From contig CP066686.1 of assembly GCA_016432365.1 (NCBI GenBank), positions 355 through 64,354 of the forward strand: DNA of 64,000 nt, in the 5' to 3' direction. The notes beneath the pieces are model-generated. The model was not told where the DNA came from, ran no database searches, and worked only from the letters and a program-made list of their open reading frames with translations. The stretch comes from Candidatus Woesebacteria bacterium. GTDB taxonomy: Bacteria; Patescibacteriota; Microgenomatia; UBA8517. Positions 56,460-64,000 of this stretch are shown piece after piece. Each line of letters starts with the position of its first letter. Within the stretch, counting starts at the first letter, position 1. The position numbers were made by a program, and so were the translations under genes.

Positions 56460-57488
56460 TTACCCCCCAAGATCTATCTTTTCCAGTTTTGAAACTCCCT
56501 CCAAAAAATGTTCGTCCGCGGTTGTAATAATTGTCTGTTGATTCTTTGCCAGCTCCATTACAACGTCCCTGTGCTCGTGGTCCAGTTCAGAAAAAATGTC
56601 GTCAAGTAACAGGGTCGGTTTCTCACCTGTCACATTTTCAATAAAAGACAACTCAGCCAACTTCAACCACAAAACTCCCATTCTTTGTTCCCCTCTGGAA
56701 CCGTAGGCAGATAATTCCCTTTCTTTGTCAAAAAAAATAAAATCATCACGGTGGGGACCAACCAAAGTTGTAGCAGACGCAACTTCCTCCTCGGCATATT
56801 GTTCGAGTCTGCCCTCACTTATAATTGATTTGTCGTACTCCAAACGAATTTTGTTTAAATTGTTTACAAATATAATGAATTCCGTTCTCTTTTTAGTAAT
56901 ATAATCTCCATTCTTAATTAACAACTGGTTCCAGAAAAGAAGTTGGCTACGTGAGACTCCTTCTTCACGGATTCGCCACAAAAGTTTATTTCGTTGTCTT
57001 AATCCCTTTTCGTAAGAAAGGATGGAGCGACGATACTCACGATCAGTCTGCGACAAAACATTGTCCAAAAATTTTCTACGGATTGATGGAGATTCCGTCA
57101 CCAGGTCCATATCCCATGGCCCAAAAAGGACAGTTTTAAAATTTCCCGCGAAATCGACCATGCGGCGCGGGACCCCGTTTACCAAGAGTCTTTTCTTCGG
57201 CCACGCATTTCGACCCTCCGTAATCATAACCCCTAAAGATAGTGGGTCGTCCCTCAAAGCTTCAGCGAAGTGGGATCCTGTTATTTTGGCAATCTCCTGA
57301 CCATAGTTGATCATTTCCGATTCAGTTCGTGCTTTAAAACTTTTTCCTGTAGAAAGTAAAAACAACGCCTCAAGAATGTTTGTTTTCCCGGAAGCGTTTG
57401 GACCCACAATCGCTGTGATTCCACCGGAAAATTCCAGATACTTAGATTTGTAATTTCTGAAATTAGAAAGTTTTATACTGAATACCAT
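56460..57488 (-). CDS. recF: DNA replication/repair protein RecF
   Basis: NFRNY, GPNASGKT, GPHRDD, SRGEQR, LLLDDIFSELD. Confidence 0.95.
   Translation of the reverse strand: MVFSIKLSNFRNYKSKYLEFSGGITAIVGPNASGKTNILEALFLLSTGKSFKARTESEMINYGQEIAKITGSHFAEALRDDPLSLGVMITEGRNAWPKKRLLVNGVPRRMVDFAGNFKTVLFGPWDMDLVTESPSIRRKFLDNVLSQTDREYRRSILSYEKGLRQRNKLLWRIREEGVSRSQLLFWNQLLIKNGDYITKKRTEFIIFVNNLNKIRLEYDKSIISEGRLEQYAEEEVASATTLVGPHRDDFIFFDKERELSAYGSRGEQRMGVLWLKLAELSFIENVTGEKPTLLLDDIFSELDHEHRDVVMELAKNQQTIITTADEHFLEGVSKLEKIDLGG
57250..57275 (+). repeat. 26-bp palindromic element in frame in recF (antisense; SHFAEALRD)
   Basis: TCCCTC-AAA-GCT-TC-AGC-GAA-GTGGGA. Confidence 0.75.
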
Positions 57489-57500
57489 TGAGACGTAAGT

Positions 57501-57932
57501 TTAAATGTGGATTACACCCCTTGCAACCCCAAGCCAAAGCGCGGACCCCAGAGCCGAAGAAAAACTTATCACCAAATACTTGTATTTAAACCTTGGTAAT
57601 AAAAATCTTACGGCCAAAGCCCCAATTAAAGGCCCTGTGGCGACTCCGATCAAAAAAGATGTGACTAATTTTCCATGATGTAAAAGTTTACGTTCCCACT
57701 GTTTTTCTTTTTTTACATTTTTGTTTTCGATTTCTTTTGCAAATTTAAAGAAATCTTCATGGCTAAAAAAATATAAAAACATCCACCCAAAAAAAATGCT
57801 TAAAATGATATTTAGCAAATAAGAGATTAAAATTCCCCCCGACCTCAAAGAACCTGTCAGGAATGATCCTTTTGTAATGATTGAGTAGACCAACCATACA
57901 AACATGGCCTTGATATGAACCGATTTAAACAT
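57501..57932 (-). CDS. membrane protein, paralogue of 62558-63028
   Basis: YFFSHEDFF, GK, GP...AL..FL.PR.K.KYL. Confidence 0.75.
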   Translation of the reverse strand: MFKSVHIKAMFVWLVYSIITKGSFLTGSLRSGGILISYLLNIILSIFFGWMFLYFFSHEDFFKFAKEIENKNVKKEKQWERKLLHHGKLVTSFLIGVATGPLIGALAVRFLLPRFKYKYLVISFSSALGSALWLGVARGVIHI

Positions 57933-59481
57933 TGTTGTAAAATTTCAAAATCTTTTCTTTAGTTAAGTTGTCCATCTTTGCAACACTGTCCCCAAACCAC
58001 AGTGACATGTTATTGTCCTTGGCCATTTTTTTGTGCTGGTTAATCACAGATTCATCAATCCCCGTTCCATCTCTAAAAACCAGTACATCGGGGTCGGCGT
58101 TCCACACAATCCCATTTAGAAACAGTCTCTCCTGACTTTCTCTAATATTTTTCTCAAGCATGAAATCATTTACCATCCTGTTTACCCCCGGAATGGCACA
58201 AACAAAAGGATTTAATGTATCAATTCCGGTTCTTACATAATCTATTAGTCCTACCATTGGAGAAAGTTGGGTTATGCACGATTTTAATTTAAGGGGTCCC
58301 ACCGTATCTCTAATAAACTGTACCCCCTCCCGCAATGCTTGAGCCCTCGTGACAGGTTTTGAATATTTTTCAGCCAAACATACAGGATACATAAAATCGG
58401 TATTAAAAAGTTCAAATCCCAAGTCCATAAAGTGAGTTAAAACGCCCTTGAGATATTTTTTAACTTCATCGTTAGTCGGATCCAAAACCTCAAGGTCTAT
58501 ATCGTTAGACAGATTATCAACCGGGCTTGTCCACCGTCCTTCGAAATGCTTTTTGTGATCGCCTTTCAAAAGCCAACTTGCGTGGTGATCATGGAGTTTG
58601 GTAGCGGGACTTATTGCGAAAGGAGAAATCCATAAGGCGGGTTTGTAACCGAGAGATTTAATGCGTTTGATAATTGGCTCAAAACCCATTGGAAACCTGT
58701 CTTTATAATCTAACCAATCGCCAAAATATCTTGTATAACCTGCGTCAAGCTCAAAGTAATCAAGATTGAGACGTTCCGGCATCCTCTCAATTGCATTAAG
58801 TTCGTTATTAATTATTTCGTCGCTTATTTTATTCGCATTCCAATAATATGAATTGCACATTGCACGAATTGGCGGTGCCACTTTTTTTACATTCATATGT
58901 TTCGCCAGGCTTTCAGCAAAATCTTTTTTAATTTTGCTCTCCTCCCCAATCGCAAAAAATATTTTCTCACTCTTTACCACTTGTCCCGGGTTTAAAATTA
59001 ATCCGTCATATTGGCACGTGACCTTAATCCTTGTTCCACCACCTTCACTTTTAACAAAAATCTGAGTAAACTGGTCGGCGGTCGTGACTGCTCCGATAAA
59101 GAGGTCCTCTCCATACATTTTTACCAATGTAAACCACTCGCTAACAATTGAGTTTTCTACATATCCATATTCCTTCTTAAACGAATAATGATTCTGGTCA
59201 CGCTGCAAAAACATTCTGATTTCTTGCGTAGGCTCGTCCAAGGTCTTCCAAGAAACCTCGCTGCACTGAAGCCATCCATGTTCCAAAACTTTTTCTATTT
59301 TATTTGGGATAACAAACTCTGCTACAACAAACGAAAAGATTCTAATCGACTTATTCGAAGTGTTTCGAACCCTAAGTTGAAAAATTAAATTCTTTTTTTC
59401 TCTTGATTCAATCCTGTCCACCTCAGCCCCCACCCCTTCTTCCAAAATTTCATATGTAGATTTTTTAACCTCAGGTAACAT
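57925..59481 (-). CDS. glycoside hydrolase family 36 (alpha-galactosidase-like)
   Basis: CNSYY, FELDAGY, RFPMG, LWISPF, LDPT, DFMY, ADPD. Confidence 0.85.
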   Translation of the reverse strand: MLPEVKKSTYEILEEGVGAEVDRIESREKKNLIFQLRVRNTSNKSIRIFSFVVAEFVIPNKIEKVLEHGWLQCSEVSWKTLDEPTQEIRMFLQRDQNHYSFKKEYGYVENSIVSEWFTLVKMYGEDLFIGAVTTADQFTQIFVKSEGGGTRIKVTCQYDGLILNPGQVVKSEKIFFAIGEESKIKKDFAESLAKHMNVKKVAPPIRAMCNSYYWNANKISDEIINNELNAIERMPERLNLDYFELDAGYTRYFGDWLDYKDRFPMGFEPIIKRIKSLGYKPALWISPFAISPATKLHDHHASWLLKGDHKKHFEGRWTSPVDNLSNDIDLEVLDPTNDEVKKYLKGVLTHFMDLGFELFNTDFMYPVCLAEKYSKPVTRAQALREGVQFIRDTVGPLKLKSCITQLSPMVGLIDYVRTGIDTLNPFVCAIPGVNRMVNDFMLEKNIRESQERLFLNGIVWNADPDVLVFRDGTGIDESVINQHKKMAKDNNMSLWFGDSVAKMDNLTKEKILKFYNNV

Positions 59482-59562
59482 TATTTTATATTATCCTATT
59501 TGCCTTTTTTAATACATCGTTCGTCTTGCCAAAAACACCCGCGTCTGCCAGAATATTTACAC

Positions 59563-60186
59563 ATGCCTTCTTCAATATTAACAAGTCCGGATTTCTTGCG
59601 CTTGTTTAATCTAATCCAATTATATGGGTATCTTGTTATCTTTCCTCTGGTTGTCATCGAAGGACCGATCACGATATTTATTTCGGGCTTTTTTGTATCT
59701 TTGGGGTTTCTTAATCCGTCATCAACTTTTATAACGGTGGTTTTAGCCGATTTGACCAGCGATATAATTTACTATGCGGCCGGAAGGTGGTGGTTCCACT
59801 CTCCCACTAATAAAATCTTGGGGTTCTTCAAACTTACATCTAATGGTTTTGTCAAATTTAAATCCAAATTTATTAGACATAAGGGAAAGATAATGTTTTT
59901 TGGCAAACTTTCAAGTTTTGTCGGAGGGGTAGTCATGTATGTCGCGGGGCTCGTAGAAATTCCATTCCCCGAATTCATTACATTTAACATATTTAACGCG
60001 CTCTTTAAATCCGTCGTTCTGCTTCTCGCCGGCTACTTTTTAGGTAGCGCCGTTGCCAAACTCGGAACCTCACTTGATTGGGTAACCGGTATCGGGTTGT
60101 TGATAACTTCGGTAACTTTGTTCACCATCTACTGGAGTGTGACTGCGTTTGCAAACAAATATATTAAACGAGCAGAAAACGGTTAG
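59563..60186 (+). CDS. DedA-family membrane protein
   Basis: IEGP, D..YYAAGR, GK, AG....F..FN. Confidence 0.85.
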   Translation: MPSSILTSPDFLRLFNLIQLYGYLVIFPLVVIEGPITIFISGFFVSLGFLNPSSTFITVVLADLTSDIIYYAAGRWWFHSPTNKILGFFKLTSNGFVKFKSKFIRHKGKIMFFGKLSSFVGGVVMYVAGLVEIPFPEFITFNIFNALFKSVVLLLAGYFLGSAVAKLGTSLDWVTGIGLLITSVTLFTIYWSVTAFANKYIKRAENG

Positions 60187-61640
60187 TAATAGGCGGGTTT
60201 GTTAAGTAACGTATCAAGGGTAACAAACCGATACCCGTCCGCCTGAAGCAAATCTATAATCTCTTCTGTTGCTTTGATTGTCTGGTCTTTCGCCTGAAGA
60301 TCTATTATGTCCCCCGGTTTGGCGTCCTTTATAATATCGACTGCAATTTTCTTGGATGTCTCTTTTCCCAACCAACTGTCTGTTGAATTATTCCACGTAA
60401 CAATGTCATATCCGTGTTTATCCAAAGAAAGTGCTCCCCAAATCGAACGGTACCCATGCGGTGGTCTAAAAAACTTTGGCTTTACCCCTATATCATTGTA
60501 AATAAGCTCGTTTGCTAAATTTATGTCTTTAATTATGGCAGACGGAGATTTTAACATCGTAAGCGTTTTGTCGGTTAAAGAATAATTTCCGATCACATTC
60601 CCTGCCAGATATATCGCCCTTACAATTTCAGGATGACTTTTAGCCGATTCTCCTGTTACAAAAAAGGTGGCTTTAACATTTTTCTGCCTCAAAACACCCA
60701 ACAACTCTGTCGTATATTGACCACTTGGAACATCGTCAAAAGTGAGGGCGATCACTTTTTCTTGAGTCTTAACAGAAGATACCGACCAGAGGTTAACCGT
60801 CGGAATTGCTCCCGCAAGAAAAACCAAAGCCGCTAGGCTTGAAACAACAAGTGTTAAAAAGAAAGGTTTGTCGTTTACAACATCATATGACTCATATGGT
60901 TTTTGTCTGATTATTTGAAAGGAACCCGGAATAGCCCTTTTATTTAATAAAATGAAAAGATAGTTTACAAAAACATACTTTATTGTTTTGACAAATCCGA
61001 CAAATCTTCTTGCGGAAGTTTTTACTTTCAATCGATACAAAACTTTGACTTTGCCAATTTTTCTGAGACGTTTACCCAAATCCCTATCCTCTCCAATATC
61101 TCCAGGTTTCAGGGTAATGTCAAACCCACCTGCTTTCATAAAAGCATCTTTTTTTACTCCGAAATTCCAACCTTGTGTTGTTCCGGGATAATCCAAAATC
61201 TTATCCAAAATAAATATTAAGGGCATTAGAGAACTCGAAATAAGTTTTAATGGAGTATTAACACCTATTAAATCGCAGTATCCGCCCACCGCAACAATCT
61301 CGTCACTTTTAGTTATTTCTCTTACCATTCTTTCTATCCAATCTGGCGGAAGTATGGTATCAGCATCGGTTGATAAAATAATCTTTCCTTTAGCTTTTAA
61401 AAAACCTGCTTGTCTCGCGCATGCGACCCCCCTCTTTTTTTCTTTGATAACTGTAACCCCATATACACGCGCCAGTTGAGGTGTTAGATCATCGGACATG
61501 TTGTCAACGACTATGATTTCGTATTTTCCATCGTACTTCTGCTCTACTAATGATTGCAGACACGTCGGAAGCATAAGTTCCTCGTTATAGGCAGGAACAA
61601 CCACAGAAACGAACGGTAAATTTTTAGCCATATCCTGCAT
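60183..61640 (-). CDS. GT2 glycosyltransferase fused to NodB-type polysaccharide deacetylase
   Basis: VVVPAYNE, DAD, GED, TSARR; TM; ALTFDD, ATFFV, FRPPHG; start approximate. Confidence 0.88.
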   Translation of the reverse strand: MQDMAKNLPFVSVVVPAYNEELMLPTCLQSLVEQKYDGKYEIIVVDNMSDDLTPQLARVYGVTVIKEKKRGVACARQAGFLKAKGKIILSTDADTILPPDWIERMVREITKSDEIVAVGGYCDLIGVNTPLKLISSSLMPLIFILDKILDYPGTTQGWNFGVKKDAFMKAGGFDITLKPGDIGEDRDLGKRLRKIGKVKVLYRLKVKTSARRFVGFVKTIKYVFVNYLFILLNKRAIPGSFQIIRQKPYESYDVVNDKPFFLTLVVSSLAALVFLAGAIPTVNLWSVSSVKTQEKVIALTFDDVPSGQYTTELLGVLRQKNVKATFFVTGESAKSHPEIVRAIYLAGNVIGNYSLTDKTLTMLKSPSAIIKDINLANELIYNDIGVKPKFFRPPHGYRSIWGALSLDKHGYDIVTWNNSTDSWLGKETSKKIAVDIIKDAKPGDIIDLQAKDQTIKATEEIIDLLQADGYRFVTLDTLLNKPAYY

Positions 61641-61681
61641 TATATTATGCAACAGGTCATTTTTCCTAGAAGGCACACCTT

Positions 61682-62551
61682 TTACTTCTGACAGACGGGA
61701 CAAACGTAAGTTCCCCGTCCTCCCAAAAAGTATTTCTCAAATTTAGCCTTTTTACATCGACTACAAAGCTCTCCTTCATGCCCATATGCAAGTGTGTGGT
61801 TTTGATATTCCCCCTCTTCTCCGTCCGGTGTAACGAATGCAAGTTCTGATGCCCCTCCGTATTTAAGTCCTGCCTTAAGAACTGTAAGGACTGCTTTATA
61901 AAGTTCTTCAGCCGCTTTTCCCTCTATACTTTTCGCTTTTCGTCTTGGATCTATTCCGGCCAACCACAGTGCATCATTTGCATAAATGTTTCCAACTCCC
62001 CCCATCTTTTCCTGATCCATCAGAACAATTTTGATTGGACGGGATGTTTTGGAAAGTATTTGCTTGAATAATTCTAAAGTGAGTTTTTGACCGGTGAAAT
62101 CTTGGACTACCGGTGGCTCCGGTCCCAGTTTTCCGATAAAACTATTCGTTTTTACTTCTTCGCTTTTCGTTATTTTTATCCAACCGAATCGACGAACATC
62201 GTTGTAATACAAAATGCCTTTGTTATCTAATTTGAAAATTACCAATGTGTGGGGGCCGGGAATTCCACCGGTGACTTTTGGTGATAGAGATCTAGGATTC
62301 GGAAGATTTGCACCCCTATAGATATATTGCCCGGTGAGTTTTACGTGGGTAAGGATCGAATAACCATTATCTAGATCTATCACAGAAACTTTTCCAAATC
62401 TTCTTGTTCCGATAACTTTTCCTCCGATAATGTTTTTCTCATCACCCTGAAATGTTGTTCTATTATTGACAACAACAGATGTAATTTTATGTCCTTTGAG
62501 AAATTTAGCGAGTTGAAGTTTCATCGACTCGACCTCTGGTAATTCCGGCAT
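61682..62551 (-). CDS. mutM: formamidopyrimidine-DNA glycosylase
   Basis: MPELPEVE, GVGNIY, C-terminal zinc finger CSRC...CPVC. Confidence 0.96.
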   Translation of the reverse strand: MPELPEVESMKLQLAKFLKGHKITSVVVNNRTTFQGDEKNIIGGKVIGTRRFGKVSVIDLDNGYSILTHVKLTGQYIYRGANLPNPRSLSPKVTGGIPGPHTLVIFKLDNKGILYYNDVRRFGWIKITKSEEVKTNSFIGKLGPEPPVVQDFTGQKLTLELFKQILSKTSRPIKIVLMDQEKMGGVGNIYANDALWLAGIDPRRKAKSIEGKAAEELYKAVLTVLKAGLKYGGASELAFVTPDGEEGEYQNHTLAYGHEGELCSRCKKAKFEKYFLGGRGTYVCPVCQK

Positions 62552-62557
62552 TGTTAT

Positions 62558-63028
62558 TTAAAATTCAAATCTAATTAACCCCAAGATGCTCTTTCCAAAA
62601 GATATTACTATTACTGTAGATACGAAAGTTGACACAAAAGCTATTAAATATTTATTCTTTGACCGCGGGAACAAAAACCCGACTGTTAGTGCCATGAAAA
62701 TAGGACCTCCCAATATTCCAACAATTACGCAAGCAATGAATTTTCCGTATTTTATATAGCTTTTTAAATACTTTTTTTCCTTTTTGTCTTGACTGCCCCG
62801 CAAGTGCTTAAAAAATGGAAAAAAATCCTGATGAGAAAAAAGGTATAAAAAAGCAAAAACAGACACTGTACCAAAAACCAATGAACAAAGAAAAGAAAAA
62901 TAAATATTCGGATTAGTAATAAATTTAACTACAATCAGATTAGAGATAAAAAAATAAATAACTATAAAAACAAGCGCCTGGAGATGGACTAGTTTAAGAA
63001 GACTTTTCTTGTTCTTGTGTGTGGACAT
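62558..63028 (-). CDS. membrane protein, paralogue of 57501-57932
   Basis: YLFSHQDFF, GGP..MAL, FPRSKNKYL. Confidence 0.75.
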   Translation of the reverse strand: MSTHKNKKSLLKLVHLQALVFIVIYFFISNLIVVKFITNPNIYFSFLCSLVFGTVSVFAFLYLFSHQDFFPFFKHLRGSQDKKEKKYLKSYIKYGKFIACVIVGILGGPIFMALTVGFLFPRSKNKYLIAFVSTFVSTVIVISFGKSILGLIRFEF

Positions 63029-64000
63029 TTACAAATTGTAACATTTCTCTCTTAAATCTTTCTTTGCTAAATTTCTTCGCCTGATTAATACAATCTTCAG
63101 ATTTAAATTTCATCTTTTCAAACTTTTTGACTGCCTCAATCAACGAATCAGGAGTCCTGTCTTTAAAAAACAATCCGGTTTTGCCGTCAATTATGGTTTC
63201 GAGTGGCCCACCCTGCGCTAAAGCAATCACCGGTGTTCCTGCCGCCATCGCTTCGACTGGAACTATTCCAAAATCTTCATGTTCTGATGGGTATATAAGT
63301 GCTGTCGCGTTTTTCATTAAATCTAACTTTTTTTCTTCTGTTACCTCTCCCAAAAATTCTATATTCGGCCCAGCGTCTTTTTTAAATTGACTTAAACCGT
63401 ACGAGGCAAAAGTTCCGCCGAAAACTTTTAGAGTATAACCCAATTTTGTAAAAGCTTTTATTGCGATATCGTGCCCTTTATGCCTTGAAACTCTGCTACC
63501 AACTAGATAATAGTTCTTATTTCTAAGTGAGTTGTCAGCTTTGGGAATTTCGACAGGAGGATAAATTACAATCGCTTCCCTTTTATAAAATCGTCTAATC
63601 CTCCCCGCCACCTCGTTTGAATTGGCGATTACATAATCAGGAATTTGGGCGGCCCGCTTATCTAAAATTCTTAAAAAAAACATTGGGATCTGACCCAATA
63701 TCAATAACGTCCTGCGGAAAATATTATTTCTCCAATCATTTGCAACAGGATAGCCGTACAGATATCTAGGAGGTGTGTGGTAATAACACACTAGAGTACT
63801 TTTTTTATCCATTTTGATAAAATTCGGGCTTGTATATGTGCCAGCTGAGGATATAATTACGACATCGTAATTCGTTAAATCCATCGTCGAAAATACAAAC
63901 GGAGCTATGAATCTAAACATACTTATAAGCTTTGCGTTAAATGGGATTTTCTGCAAAAAAGAAGTTCTTATATCCCATTTCTCGACACGGGTCCTGTGCG
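62994..64000 (-). CDS. GT4 glycosyltransferase (5' truncated by window end)
   Basis: YHTPPRYLY, IYPPV, EDFGIVPVEAMAAG. Confidence 0.92.
   Translation of the reverse strand, partial: HRTRVEKWDIRTSFLQKIPFNAKLISMFRFIAPFVFSTMDLTNYDVVIISSAGTYTSPNFIKMDKKSTLVCYYHTPPRYLYGYPVANDWRNNIFRRTLLILGQIPMFFLRILDKRAAQIPDYVIANSNEVAGRIRRFYKREAIVIYPPVEIPKADNSLRNKNYYLVGSRVSRHKGHDIAIKAFTKLGYTLKVFGGTFASYGLSQFKKDAGPNIEFLGEVTEEKKLDLMKNATALIYPSEHEDFGIVPVEAMAAGTPVIALAQGGPLETIIDGKTGLFFKDRTPDSLIEAVKKFEKMKFKSEDCINQAKKFSKERFKREMLQFVNVHTQEQEKSS

Noticed and set aside
62090-62115. Small hairpin in mutM (PPVVQDFTGQ) as another in-frame palindromic element
   Set aside because: Lacks the inner stem and internal-loop architecture; cannot be supported without orthologue alignment
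1-64000. Alternative genetic code (TGA recoding), prophage or IS elements
   Set aside because: Genes terminate normally at TGA with no fragmentation; no phage structural, integrase or transposase motifs recognised

Overview
Chromosomal window from a small-genome bacterium, most likely Patescibacteria/CPR (Microgenomates, Woesebacteria-like). This assignment is inferred from the divergent 16S signature, pervasive leaderless genes, the type IV pilus cluster and an ATP-dependent DNA ligase. TGA is used as a stop codon. Layout: 5' part of a 16S rRNA gene and its leader (1-920, minus strand); an orphan-rich accessory region (about 1-27 kb) containing three tRNAs (Gln, Glu, Lys); three tandem membrane-anchored Cys-rich proteins next to a type IV pilus operon (28-36.8 kb); a thiol-redox and copper-resistance cluster (37.8-45.2 kb); then housekeeping, repair and glycan genes (malic enzyme, pth, DNA ligase, Fic, nnrD, recF, GH36, DedA, GT2-NodB fusion, mutM, GT4). 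Most notable observations: (1) a modular family of surface proteins with a C-C-CC-C-C cystine-knot-like framework beside the pilus operon; (2) gene cassettes with identical promoter and terminator flanks around strongly diverged paralogous ORFs; (3) two paralogues with tandem beta-grasp/ubiquitin-like motifs, plus two stand-alone JAB/MPN+ proteases; (4) a 26-bp palindromic element and degenerate heptamer repeats that invade coding sequences in frame; (5) two translation-initiation regimes, with leaderless host genes and Shine-Dalgarno-led cassette genes. No CRISPR array, integrase, transposase or reverse transcriptase was seen. All protein family calls are by motif recognition, not database search.
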